Shown: positions 1 to 10,325 of the stretch, one piece after another
Numbering within the stretch: the first letter of the stretch is position 1
How the letters are laid out: each line of letters starts with the position of its first letter
Assembly: GCA_019114805.1 (NCBI GenBank)
Contig: DXER01000081.1
Coordinates: 12,976 to 76,975 of the forward strand
From: Candidatus Megamonas gallistercoris
GTDB lineage: Bacteria > Bacillota > Negativicutes > Selenomonadales > Selenomonadaceae
Reading direction: 5' to 3'
Length of the DNA stretch: 64,000 nt
Program-made: the position numbers and the translations under genes
The notes under the pieces: model-generated
What the model was told of the DNA's origin: nothing
Database searches by the model: none
The model's input: the letters and a program-made list of their open reading frames with translations, nothing else

Positions 1-233
1 ACGACCGACATCAGATTAATTCCTGTGCGCAATATTCTTACTGCTGAATATTTCCCCTTGAATATACTGGAAAACCAGCGGCGATTTAATATTATATGCA
101 CGATAAACAGCAAGAAAAATACTGTTCCTACAATCTCATGATTATCTATGCCGATTAACAAATATGCCATGGATAAAAGTAATGCCGTTATCAGCATAAT
201 ATCTATGACAATCTTAAAATTCACACTGCGCAT
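1..233 (-). CDS. DUF4405-like membrane protein (partial, runs off window start)
   Basis: Manual translation MRSVNFKIVIDIMLITALLLSMAYLLIGIDNHEIVGTVFFLLFIVHIILNRRWF...; His residues in TM helices; RBS AAGGAG upstream. Confidence 0.65.
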   Translation of the reverse strand, partial: MRSVNFKIVIDIMLITALLLSMAYLLIGIDNHEIVGTVFFLLFIVHIILNRRWFSSIFKGKYSAVRILRTGINLMSV

Positions 234-272
234 TTTACATACTCCTTTTCTCCATGACATATTCTCTGCAAT

Positions 273-1022
273 TTATTTACAAACGGCATTTATGCAGCCG
301 ATGACATTCAATGTACGCGGAAAACCGATAAACGGCAGACACTGCGTAGCCGCTTCGATAAGCATTTCCTTCGTATTGCCCACACTGATATTGGCACCGG
401 CATGAGCTTTTGCCTGCGGTTCGCAGCCGCCAAGACAGATTATTGCCGTAAATGTTATAAGTTCACGCATTTTTAAATCGAGCATGCCTCTTGTATAATA
501 ATCGCCGAAACAGTAAGCGGATAAATAGTCCTGAATATGTTTTAATTCTTCCGGCGCACTTTCTCTCATTGCATTGATATTTTCCGCACCGAAAATTTCC
601 TGCTGCACGGCAAGCCCTTTGGCAAAGCGTGTCGTTTCATCAACTGTTGCCTGTTCTTTGAGCGGATATGCCACATTCATCTGTGCAAAAACTGCATTTA
701 CTTCATCCAGTGCCGCTTCCACTCTTGAAATGCCGATATACGGCGCGCACTGATAAAGCGTTTCCGTTATTTCTTCCGGCGAAGCACCTACATTAAGTGC
801 CGCTTTCGTATATTTGGCAAGCGGTTTCAAAGTCTGCACCGTTGTCAGTGCAGTTAAAATCACCAATACTTTCTGTTTGTCCGTAAGCACTGAACGGATT
901 AGATTATCACCGCAGACGAAATTTTCCGCTATAGCTTTAAAACTGCTGTCTGCATCGCTTACGCTTATTTCCTGCTGAAACCATTTTTCACTGATTTTTT
1001 TCGCTGTTTCTGTTCTATCCAT
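273..1022 (-). CDS. Carboxymuconolactone decarboxylase family protein (tandem CMD domains)
   Basis: Two repeats: EITETLYQCAPYIG and LDLKMRELIT...QCLPFIGFPR. Confidence 0.85.
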   Translation of the reverse strand: MDRTETAKKISEKWFQQEISVSDADSSFKAIAENFVCGDNLIRSVLTDKQKVLVILTALTTVQTLKPLAKYTKAALNVGASPEEITETLYQCAPYIGISRVEAALDEVNAVFAQMNVAYPLKEQATVDETTRFAKGLAVQQEIFGAENINAMRESAPEELKHIQDYLSAYCFGDYYTRGMLDLKMRELITFTAIICLGGCEPQAKAHAGANISVGNTKEMLIEAATQCLPFIGFPRTLNVIGCINAVCK

Positions 1023-1056
1023 AAATATTACCTTCTTTAAAAATTTTTCTATCCTA

Positions 1057-2111
<1,055 letters not shown>

Positions 2112-2123
2112 TCAACTCATATC

Positions 2124-2975
2124 TCACTGTTCAAACCGTATATTATGCAGACGGTACACTTCATCCAGACTTGTTATATTCAAAATAAGACTTTCTTTTC
2201 TGTCCATAGCTTCAATACGCTTCATATCATCATCACTTAAAACAAAATTGCCTGTAGAAAAATTTTCTTTAAGCCTTTCTTCATGCACTGATTTGGGAAT
2301 TGCTATAATACCGCTCTGCATTAGCCAGCACAGAATAACTTGTGCCGGAGTCTTTCCGTATTTTTTACCGATAGCCGATAACGTTTCATTCTGAAAAATA
2401 TCGTCCTTGCCTTCGGCAAAAGGCGCCCAAGCCATCGGTTTTATATCGTATTTCTTCATCACTTCGCGCAGTTTTTTCTGTTGACAGAAAGGGTGCAGTT
2501 CCATCTGATTAACTGCCGGCACTATTTCATGACTTAAAATCAAATCCGTAAGTCTGTCTTCCAGAAAATTGCAAACACCTATTGCTTTTACTCTGCCTTC
2601 TTTATACAGTTCCTCCATGGCACGCCAGCTACCGTGATAATCGCCGTACGGCATATGCACTAAATACAAATCGAGATAATCCGTTTTTAAATTTTCCAGT
2701 GTCTTGAAAAAAGACTTCTTCGTTTTATCATAACCGGCATCCTGTATCCATACTTTGGAAACAATGAATATGTCCTTTCGTTCAATCCCGCTTTTTTCTA
2801 TTGCATTGCCGACAGCTGTTTCATTGCCGTAGCACGCTGCCGTATCAATCATGCGGTATCCAATATTCAATGCCTGCAATACAGTCTGTTCGCATACATT
2901 TTTGTCGGTTACCTGAAAAACTCCCAGACCTCTAAGCGGCATTTCCAAACCATTGTTCAACTGAATTTTCTTCAT
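2124..2975 (-). CDS. Aldo/keto reductase (2,5-diketo-D-gluconate reductase-like)
   Basis: GYRMIDTAACYGNE, YLDLYLVH, AIGVCNF, IPKS motifs. Confidence 0.93.
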   Translation of the reverse strand: MKKIQLNNGLEMPLRGLGVFQVTDKNVCEQTVLQALNIGYRMIDTAACYGNETAVGNAIEKSGIERKDIFIVSKVWIQDAGYDKTKKSFFKTLENLKTDYLDLYLVHMPYGDYHGSWRAMEELYKEGRVKAIGVCNFLEDRLTDLILSHEIVPAVNQMELHPFCQQKKLREVMKKYDIKPMAWAPFAEGKDDIFQNETLSAIGKKYGKTPAQVILCWLMQSGIIAIPKSVHEERLKENFSTGNFVLSDDDMKRIEAMDRKESLILNITSLDEVYRLHNIRFEQ

Positions 2976-2980
2976 ATTAA

Positions 2981-3355
2981 TCACCTGCCGTTTTTCATAT
3001 TTTTATTGATTTCATAACGAAGATAATCCAATCTCTCCAGCTGTTTTTCCCGAAAATGTATTCTGTCTAAAATAGCATCTCTTTTTTTATTAAGCATTTC
3101 CAGTTGTTTTTTATCTGTACTTTTATCATTGAGCAAAAGCCGCATATACATTTCCACTTCACTTGAATTGAAACCTATATCATGCAATGTCATAATCATG
3201 CTGAGATATTCCAAATCACTGTCATCATACTGCCAAACACCCATAACTTTTTTAACAGCACCGCACAGCCCCCAGCTTTCATATTCATCAAGAACACTTA
3301 TCGGTATATTGAAATGCTCACTTGCTTCCTGCTTTGTCATAATATGTTCTGCCAT
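2981..3355 (-). CDS. MerR family transcriptional regulator
   Basis: N-terminal MerR-like HTH (YESWGL...QYDDSD), GF...E motif, C-terminal coiled coil. Confidence 0.75.
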   Translation of the reverse strand: MAEHIMTKQEASEHFNIPISVLDEYESWGLCGAVKKVMGVWQYDDSDLEYLSMIMTLHDIGFNSSEVEMYMRLLLNDKSTDKKQLEMLNKKRDAILDRIHFREKQLERLDYLRYEINKNMKNGR

Positions 3356-3378
3356 ATTATCTTCCCCTGTATTGAAAT

Positions 3379-4410
3379 TCAGTCGATACTGATTAATTTA
3401 TATTTGTCATTACCCATTTTAAGTTCCCGCATAGCCGAAAGCTGACGCAGACCTTTACGTGACTCAATACGTTCTACCAAATCATGGCGGTATTTTTCCG
3501 GTTGAGCATATACTAAATCGACGGATGCCTGGTCAATCGCCAGTAAATCGGTGGATGCAAGTATGCCGATATCCGGAATGGTCGGTTCCGCCGCGCCGAC
3601 TCCTACACAGTCGCAGTCAACGGACATGCGGCGCATTACATTGATATATACAATATGCTTGCCGAAATAATCTATCGTTCCTTTGGCAGAATCCGCCATA
3701 TTTTCCATAAACAGTTCCTCGCCCGGCCAGCCTTCAGCCGTTTTCGGCAATTCCCTGCCCAAACCGTGCACCATACGTTTGCCGATTTGTCCGTCGGCAC
3801 AACCGATAGCCAGATTTTTCATTGAACCACCAAAACCGCCTCTCGGATGACCTTTAAAATGCGTAAGCACTACCATGGAATCGTAATTTGTCATATGACT
3901 GCCCACGGAAATTTCTTTCAAATGTATCCCGTTTCTTATTGGAAGCATAACCGTTTCGTCTTCATCCATGATGTCAACAGGGCAAAATGTCCATCCGTTT
4001 ACTCTGAGTGTTTCGCGGTGTTTTTCCGTCGTATCCCTGTCCCCTACATAAAGAGTATTCGTTTCTACAATATTACTGTTCGGAATATGTGCCTGAAAAG
4101 CCTGTACCATATCACGCGGCAATATATTCGGTCCGTGCTGTTCGCCCGTATGCAGCTTTATCGCTACTTTACCGTAAATACTTTCATTAACTAAGCCATA
4201 CAGTTTTATTAAATGCTGCGCATCAATATGTTTCGTGAAGTAAACTTTAGCATACGAACCTTCCACATTCTTCAAATCCGTAAAATCCTGACTGCCTACT
4301 ACCGGAGCCTGAGCAAGAGCCGGTGATAAATGCGTCAGCTGCGAAGCCGCCAATCCTACAGCAACACTGCCTGCCATTTTAAAAAAATTTCTTCGTGTAA
4401 GACTTTGCAT
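3379..4410 (-). CDS. DUF362 family protein with twin-arginine signal peptide
   Basis: TRRNFFK Tat motif; KLHTGE, HFKGH..GGFGGSMKN, DCDC motifs. Confidence 0.85.
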   Translation of the reverse strand: MQSLTRRNFFKMAGSVAVGLAASQLTHLSPALAQAPVVGSQDFTDLKNVEGSYAKVYFTKHIDAQHLIKLYGLVNESIYGKVAIKLHTGEQHGPNILPRDMVQAFQAHIPNSNIVETNTLYVGDRDTTEKHRETLRVNGWTFCPVDIMDEDETVMLPIRNGIHLKEISVGSHMTNYDSMVVLTHFKGHPRGGFGGSMKNLAIGCADGQIGKRMVHGLGRELPKTAEGWPGEELFMENMADSAKGTIDYFGKHIVYINVMRRMSVDCDCVGVGAAEPTIPDIGILASTDLLAIDQASVDLVYAQPEKYRHDLVERIESRKGLRQLSAMRELKMGNDKYKLISID

Positions 4411-4437
4411 ATTAACCAATCCTTTCAGATATATTTA

Positions 4438-4966
4438 TTTCATTTTTCTTTGAAGCTCAAAGAAAATAAATAAAAAGAAAGTGCCTATTCGGCACAATAT
4501 AATGTAAAGAGAGTTATTTCCTAATTTATTCTTATATTGCGCCGGGCAATTTTTCTTTGAGATACAAAGAAAAGTTGCCGAAAAAGAAATACATGATTTA
4601 GAAACCGCATAGAAATTTTCCTTTAGAGATAAGATATTTTTATCTATAACGTCCAAAAACTCGCTAATGCTCAAACAGTTTGGACTAAAACCATAGCTAA
4701 AAATATCTTATCTCCAATAGCCTGACGGCTATCGGAAAATTATCTAAATGCGCAATAGAATTTTGAGATAAATTGCAATTTGCAGTGTCCACATCATTTT
4801 TAAGTTTCTATTTGAAAGCACGAGCTAAATTCCAAATGTTTCGAGCCGTTGTTTCGACTGTATTCATATAAGCACCTCGAAGGCTTGCCCAGTGCAGCGT
4901 AAGCGAAACGTTAAAAAAGGTTTTCTTTTTGGTTCGTTTTTCTTTGAGCTTCAAATAAAAATGAAC
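4438..4966. repeat. Structured non-coding palindromic element with ~45-bp imperfect terminal inverted repeats (MITE/REPIN-like)
   Basis: Left end TTCATTTTTCTTTGAAGCTCAAAGAAAA...AAAAAGAAA matches reverse complement of right end; nested internal hairpins; homologs at 38386-38470 and 62850-63116. Confidence 0.8.
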
Positions 4967-5053
4967 TAAAAAAAATAGGTGTCATCTTCTAACACCTATT
5001 TTAGTTTAAATATTTTATTATATCTAATACTTATATTCTATTTCCAAAAATGC

Positions 5054-5920
5054 TTAATCTGTATTTTTAATAAAGTTTATAAATTTCTCCGTCGTTTTGG
5101 ACAGCATATTATTTCGTTTCCAGACAAGTACAGCTCCCGTTTCAAGTGACGGCTTTAACGGAATAAGACATAAATCCTCATAAATATTGCCCAAATTAAA
5201 TCCTAAGACAACACCTACTTTATTTTTTACCATATTGGCTGCATTTAAAATCAGATTGTATGTAGCAATAATTTCCGCCTGTTCATAATATCCGCCGAAC
5301 CAGTTTGCCAGTTCATTGCGCACTTCTTCTCTTCTGCCGATAATAAGCGGTATATTCACCAAATCCTCCGGCATGACAAAATCCTTCCGTGCCAGTTCAC
5401 TGTCCTTGCGTACCAAAACGCCCCACTGTTCTTTTTCCGGCATACGGATAAAAGCATATTTGCCGATATCAACAGGTTCCGTTAAAAGTCCCATATCCAA
5501 AATGCCTTTTTCCAAATCATCCTTAATATCATCAGCTGTCGCACTGTAAATTTCATATTTAACCCGCGGATAAATTTCATGAAAGTTTTTTATATGATTT
5601 GATAAAAACGACATATTTCTTGTTTCACCGCAACCGATGGATATTTTCCCCGCCAGTTCTTCATCTTCCGATACAAAATCCTGCTTCGTTTTCTCTACCA
5701 AAGACATAATTTCCTGCGCTCTGCGCTTTAGCATCATGCCGTCATCCGTCAGAATAATTCTGTGCTTACTACGCTTAAATAATTTTACTCCCAGCTCATC
5801 TTCAAGCTGCATAAGCTGACGCGACAGTGTCGGCTGAGTGATATGCAGCCAGTTTGCCGCCCGTGTGATATTTTCTTCACGTGCCACAATCAGAAAATAC
5901 TTTAACAAACGGAATTCCAT
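5054..5920 (-). CDS. LysR family transcriptional regulator
   Basis: NITRAANWLHITQPTLSRQLMQLEDELGVKLF HTH; RBS GGAGG before ATG 5920. Confidence 0.95.
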   Translation of the reverse strand: MEFRLLKYFLIVAREENITRAANWLHITQPTLSRQLMQLEDELGVKLFKRSKHRIILTDDGMMLKRRAQEIMSLVEKTKQDFVSEDEELAGKISIGCGETRNMSFLSNHIKNFHEIYPRVKYEIYSATADDIKDDLEKGILDMGLLTEPVDIGKYAFIRMPEKEQWGVLVRKDSELARKDFVMPEDLVNIPLIIGRREEVRNELANWFGGYYEQAEIIATYNLILNAANMVKNKVGVVLGFNLGNIYEDLCLIPLKPSLETGAVLVWKRNNMLSKTTEKFINFIKNTD

Positions 5921-5944
5921 GAAATAACCTCCTCTGTCTATGTA

Positions 5945-5977
5945 CAAAAAAAGAGCAACCTAATGGATTGCTCTTTT
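5945..5977 (-). terminator. Intrinsic terminator after csp
   Basis: AAAAGAGCAA-loop-TTGCTCTTTT hairpin with U-tract on minus strand. Confidence 0.7.
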
Positions 5978-5991
5978 ATCTGCTGCTTCAA

Positions 5992-6207
5992 TTATTTTAC
6001 AACTGTTACATTTACAGCACGCATTTTGCTTGCATCGCGGCTGTCTGCTTCTGTATCGAAAGTTACTTTCTGGCCTTCTTCCAAAGTTTTAAAGCCTTCG
6101 GAATTGATAGCGGAAAAATGAACGAATAAATCGCCGGAACCGTCATCATTTGTAATAAAACCATATCCTTTACCAGAATTAAACCATTTAACTGTACCTG
6201 TTCCCAT
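5992..6207 (-). CDS. csp: Cold-shock protein
   Basis: GTVKWFN, KGYGFI (RNP1), LFVHFSAI (RNP2). Confidence 0.97.
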   Translation of the reverse strand: MGTGTVKWFNSGKGYGFITNDDGSGDLFVHFSAINSEGFKTLEEGQKVTFDTEADSRDASKMRAVNVTVVK

Positions 6208-6348
6208 TATTGAGAAGCCTCCTTATAAAATAAAATATAAATCAGTGCGGAGAGTAAACTAAAAAACAAATAAAATCTTCCACACATTTGATATTTGAGA
6301 GGAGGACTTAAACGTTAATTTAATTGTATTCCAAAACTGAATAGCTCA

Positions 6349-6377
6349 ATCATAGCATGAGTTATATTTTTTGTCAA
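6349..6377 (-). promoter_or_regulatory. Sigma-A promoter of csp (implies ~135-nt 5' UTR)
   Basis: TTGACA-17-TATGAT with extended TG on minus strand. Confidence 0.7.
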
Positions 6378-6413
6378 TTTTGCATACAAACTTTACATAT
6401 TTACATATTTTAA

Positions 6414-6442
6414 TTGACGCTTATTTATGATAATGCTATACT
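6414..6442 (+). promoter_or_regulatory. Sigma-A promoter of cstA
   Basis: TTGACG-17-TATACT with extended TG. Confidence 0.7.
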
Positions 6443-6543
6443 ATGTATTCGACGACTGCTGTATATTTCTTATATCTTATCCATATGGACAAATATATCT
6501 AATATTTTAGCGGAAACAACAAATTTTGAAAGGAAGATTTTTT

Positions 6544-8226
6544 ATGAACGGTATAATGCTCGTCGGCTCTGCTATTATAATTTTTTTCTTGGCTTACCGT
6601 CTTTACGGCCGCTGGCTGCTCAGAACATGGGGCTTCGACCCGAGCGCAAAAACACCTGCCTACAAATATGAAGACGGACAGGATTTCACGCCAGCTTCCA
6701 AATTCACCGTATTTTCTCATCAATTTACATCAATCACAGGAGCAGGACCTGTAACAGGCCCAATAATTGCCGCCATGTACGGCTGGCTGCCGGCTTTTTT
6801 ATGGATTATCTTCGGCGGAATTTTCTTCGGTGCTGTGCAGGATTTTACGGCATTATATGCTTCTGTAAAAAATCAAGGAAAATCCATGGGTATGCTTATT
6901 GAACAATACATAGGCAAAACAGGCCGCCGTCTGTTTTTATTATTCTGCTGGCTATTCAGCCTGCTCGTTATTGCCGCTTTCGGTGATATTGTTGCCAATA
7001 CCTTCAACGGATTTACCAGCGACGGAAGTCCTATTACTCCGAATGCTGCCGCTGCCTCTATTTCCATGCTGTTCATTTTCGCAGCCATAGCTTTCGGTTT
7101 ATTCACCCAAAAAATTCATCCAAGTGAAAAAACACGTTTCGTTATCGGTATTATTCTTTTACTTATCATGCTTGCCGCCGGTATCGCCTTTCCGATTTAC
7201 CTCGACCGCATGAGCTGGCTCTACATTGTATTTTTCTATATTTTCATAGCTGCCGTAATGCCAATGTGGATTTTAAAACAACCACGCGATTATTTAAGCG
7301 CGTTTTTACTTCTCGCGATGATTTTGGGCGGTGTTGTCGGCGTTTTTGTTGCAAATCCCACCATCAATATGCCTGCGTTTGTCGGTTTTACCGTAAACGG
7401 CAAGGATTTATTTCCAATTTTGTTTATCACCATTGCCTGCGGTGCCGTTTCCGGCTTCCACAGCCTCGTCTCCTCCGGTACATCATCAAAAACACTCTCC
7501 AATGAAAAAGACACTCTATTTGTCGGCTACGGCTCCATGCTTGTAGAGTCCGTACTCGGTGTCGTTTCACTTGTAATTGTCTGTTCGGCGGCAACGGGCG
7601 GTCATCTGCCGGAAGGCACACCGTTTCAGATTTTTTCTACGGCGGTTGCCGGTTTTTTCTCCATGTTCGGCATGCCGCACGATATCGCCAACTGCATAAT
7701 GACCATGTGCGTATCGGCTCTTGCTCTCACTACGCTTGATGCTGTAGCCCGCATCGGACGCATGTCCTTTCAGGAACTTTTCACCATTGACAACGCACAG
7801 GATATGAACACTTTACAAAAAATATGTACCAATAAGTATTTCTCTACAATTATAACACTCGTATTCGGGTATTTTCTCTGTTTAGGAGGCTATATGAATA
7901 TCTGGCCGCTGTTCGGTGCCGCCAATCAGCTGCTCTCGGCACTCGTGCTAATCTCCCTTGCCGTATTTTTAAGAACTACAGGCCGTAAGGGCTTTATGCT
8001 CTACATTCCGATGATTGTAATGTTCTGCGTAACGCTCACGGCACTTATCGAAGCAGTATACGGTATTTTGGTAAAACTGTCTGCCGGTCAGTTCACATTT
8101 ACCGTTGACGGACTGCAACTCATCGTAGCGATTGCCTTAATGGTACTTGCCGTTTCCGTCGCCCTGCACTGCGGCCGAGAACTCATAAATCCAAAAGAAA
8201 AAACCACCATAGAATTAAATCACTAA
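6544..8226 (+). CDS. cstA: Carbon starvation protein A family transporter
   Basis: HQFTSITGAGPVTGP, IACGAVSGFHS, IWPLFGAANQL motifs. Confidence 0.95.
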   Translation: MNGIMLVGSAIIIFFLAYRLYGRWLLRTWGFDPSAKTPAYKYEDGQDFTPASKFTVFSHQFTSITGAGPVTGPIIAAMYGWLPAFLWIIFGGIFFGAVQDFTALYASVKNQGKSMGMLIEQYIGKTGRRLFLLFCWLFSLLVIAAFGDIVANTFNGFTSDGSPITPNAAAASISMLFIFAAIAFGLFTQKIHPSEKTRFVIGIILLLIMLAAGIAFPIYLDRMSWLYIVFFYIFIAAVMPMWILKQPRDYLSAFLLLAMILGGVVGVFVANPTINMPAFVGFTVNGKDLFPILFITIACGAVSGFHSLVSSGTSSKTLSNEKDTLFVGYGSMLVESVLGVVSLVIVCSAATGGHLPEGTPFQIFSTAVAGFFSMFGMPHDIANCIMTMCVSALALTTLDAVARIGRMSFQELFTIDNAQDMNTLQKICTNKYFSTIITLVFGYFLCLGGYMNIWPLFGAANQLLSALVLISLAVFLRTTGRKGFMLYIPMIVMFCVTLTALIEAVYGILVKLSAGQFTFTVDGLQLIVAIALMVLAVSVALHCGRELINPKEKTTIELNH

Positions 8227-8227
8227 T

Positions 8228-8268
8228 AAAAAAAGCACTTTAGAGCTAATCTCCAAAGTGCTTTTTTT
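8228..8268. terminator. Bidirectional intrinsic terminator
   Basis: AAAAAAAGCACTTT...AAAGTGCTTTTTTT between convergent genes. Confidence 0.8.
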
Positions 8269-8768
8269 TAGAACTCCTTGCCAATATTTTCCACTGTATC
8301 CAATACCTTATATTTCTTTACATCACCTTTTTTCCAAACATTCGGCACAACAAAACAGCCTTTATTTTTCCAATTTTGATATCTCGCGATATTTTCATAC
8401 GTTTCAATAAGACCGTTGAACGCTTCCTGATATTTCGTATCGCCGTAGCCGATTAGAAAAACCTCCCTAATATTAGACAGACTATTTTCCTTCACCAATG
8501 TACAGATTTTATCCAGAAGCATTTTTATCTGCGGTGAAAAACTGAACCAATGAAGAGGTGTTATGATTACAAGTGTATCTGCCCATTTTATGAGCGAAGA
8601 AAAATCCTTATCTTCTTCATTTTCATTCTGCATTTTGCGCCATAATGTATTATAAATCTTCACATCATGTACATTAGCTCTGTGCACGCCCTTAATAAAT
8701 GCTTCCGCTAACATATAGCTGTTTCCATATAAATGCGAACTGCCCGTTATCACTAAAATCTTAGCCAT
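8268..8768 (-). CDS. Flavodoxin / NADPH-dependent FMN reductase family protein
   Basis: KILVITGS...GNS, ADTLVIITPLHW..SPQIKMLLDK; true start ATG 8768 (MAKIL). Confidence 0.8.
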   Translation of the reverse strand: MAKILVITGSSHLYGNSYMLAEAFIKGVHRANVHDVKIYNTLWRKMQNENEEDKDFSSLIKWADTLVIITPLHWFSFSPQIKMLLDKICTLVKENSLSNIREVFLIGYGDTKYQEAFNGLIETYENIARYQNWKNKGCFVVPNVWKKGDVKKYKVLDTVENIGKEF

Positions 8769-8776
8769 AAAAATTC

Positions 8777-8925
8777 CTGCTACTAAAAACATAGACAAAA
8801 GTGTTTATGTCTTAGAAAATTCCTTATTCATTGTGCTCGCTCTCGCCGTCCTGAAGGGCAAGCTACTAGCGTTTATATAGCACTCCAAAGGCGTAAATTC
8901 CCGACTAGCCATCGGTACATATATC
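8777..8925 (-). ncRNA. TnpB omega-RNA (reRNA) scaffold
   Basis: Downstream of tnpB: GTACCGATGGCTAGTCGGGAATTTACGCCTTTGGAG..., terminal hairpin, ends ...TTTAGTAGCAG at right end; 5' limit uncertain. Confidence 0.7.
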
Positions 8926-8938
8926 GAAACTTTTGTTA

Positions 8939-10138
8939 TTAAGCTATCCGATATTCTTTAGCATCCCGCAAATTAAGCGAAGCGTTGTAATCCCTATCCT
9001 CGGTATAGCCGCATTTAGGGCAGACATACACACGGTCTTTGAGTTTTAGACCCTTATGAATATGCCCGCAACAATGGCACATTTTAGAACTTGGATAGAA
9101 TCTATCAACCATACGTAATTCAATACCGATTATGTCTGCTTTGCGTTTCAGTTTAGTCAATAATCGGTTAAACCGTTGCGCCGCCACGGCTTTTGCCAGA
9201 TGCCTGTTCTTCATCATACCTTTGACGTTCAAATCTTCCACAGTAATAAAGCGTGGTTTTTGCTTCACTATTTCGTGGACAGTTTTGTTTTCGTAATCCT
9301 TACGGATATTGTTAATACATTGATGAAGTTTCTGTACCTTTAACTTTTGCTTTTCTATGTTTGCAGAGGCCGTAGCAGTTTTACCACCTTTCTTTTTTCT
9401 AAACTCATATTTACGGCTAAGACGCCTCTGCTCTTTTCGAAGCCGTTTCTCCAGTCGTCTGACCTTTGAACTTTTATTAACATTTTTGAATGTCTTACCA
9501 TTGCTTACAATCGCTAAATCTTTGATGCCCAAATCTATGCCGATACCATCTGTTGTATTATGGTATATTGCTTCTAAATCCTTGTTATATCCGGATTTTT
9601 CGTCTATCTGAGCTACCACAGACACATAGAATTTGCCAGCCGCATAGGACACCGTACCATTAATAACAGTAGCGTCCACAGGCAAATAACCAAACTCTTT
9701 AAGCCTAACCTGTTTTAGCGTAGGTATCATCAGCTTGTGTCGCCATATTACCCAGTCACTTTTATTGTTCTTCGGAAAATACAACTTTACGTCTTGATTT
9801 GATTTTTTCTTGAATCTCGGAAAATCAGCCAAACCATGCCAAAATTTTTTAAAGGCAGTTTCGGCATTTACCAATGCTTTTTTTCGAGCCTTAGAGCCGC
9901 ACTCGTTAATCCAGGGCAATTCTATTTTTAGTTTGTGATTTACATACTTATCAAAATCATTAGCGGATACAAAATGCTTTTGCTGACAGTCCAACAAACC
10001 GCGTTGATACATCTTGTATAGTTTTTTATTGTAAGCAATATACTGATTATATAAAAATCTGGCTATGCCTATCGAGCGAACAATCTTTTCTTTCTGCTCT
10101 TTAGTCGGTGCTATTTCCGTCTTGAACGCCTTTAGCAA
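8939..10138 (-). CDS. tnpB: RNA-guided endonuclease TnpB (IS607 family)
   Basis: KAFKTEI N-terminus; RuvC D (GIDLG), E (ITVEDL), D (DRDYNAS); Zn finger CHCCG...CPKCG; likely start TTG 10138 or ATG 10147. Confidence 0.95.
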   Translation of the reverse strand: MLKAFKTEIAPTKEQKEKIVRSIGIARFLYNQYIAYNKKLYKMYQRGLLDCQQKHFVSANDFDKYVNHKLKIELPWINECGSKARKKALVNAETAFKKFWHGLADFPRFKKKSNQDVKLYFPKNNKSDWVIWRHKLMIPTLKQVRLKEFGYLPVDATVINGTVSYAAGKFYVSVVAQIDEKSGYNKDLEAIYHNTTDGIGIDLGIKDLAIVSNGKTFKNVNKSSKVRRLEKRLRKEQRRLSRKYEFRKKKGGKTATASANIEKQKLKVQKLHQCINNIRKDYENKTVHEIVKQKPRFITVEDLNVKGMMKNRHLAKAVAAQRFNRLLTKLKRKADIIGIELRMVDRFYPSSKMCHCCGHIHKGLKLKDRVYVCPKCGYTEDRDYNASLNLRDAKEYRIA

Positions 10139-10157
10139 TGTTCTCATCCCCTTGTAT

Positions 10158-10325
10158 TTACGTAACCCGTACTGTATGGTCATAAGTATAATACCTTCGA
10201 TTAGTAGGAGTTCTGTTTGCTACAAGAATTTTTTCCCTGTCCCAGCGTTGCAATGTCTTAACCGACACATTAAGCAGTTCAGCGAACTCTTTAGGTTTAT
10301 AATTAGTGATGTTTAATATGTTCAT
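10158..10325 (-). pseudogene. tnpA: IS607 serine recombinase TnpA, catalytic domain deleted
   Basis: N-terminal HTH YKPKEFAELLNVSVKTLQRWD...RRYYTYD joined out of frame to the C-terminal YGLRKYK; no YARVS motif. Confidence 0.85.

Noticed and set aside
4435-4674. 79-aa minus-strand ORF
   Set aside because: Lies in the palindromic repeat; no RBS or recognisable domain; composition reflects A/T tracts
4438-4966. Possible CRISPR array or T-box
   Set aside because: No regularly spaced identical direct repeats with unique spacers; no T-box consensus seen
6392-6410. TTTACATA tandem repeat upstream of the cstA promoter
   Set aside because: Only two AT-rich 8-mers; cannot be distinguished from chance
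10139-10183. N-terminal extension MTIQYGLRKYKG of TnpB in the ORF track
   Set aside because: This is the residual TnpA C-terminus left by the deletion; the real start is probably TTG 10138 or ATG 10147
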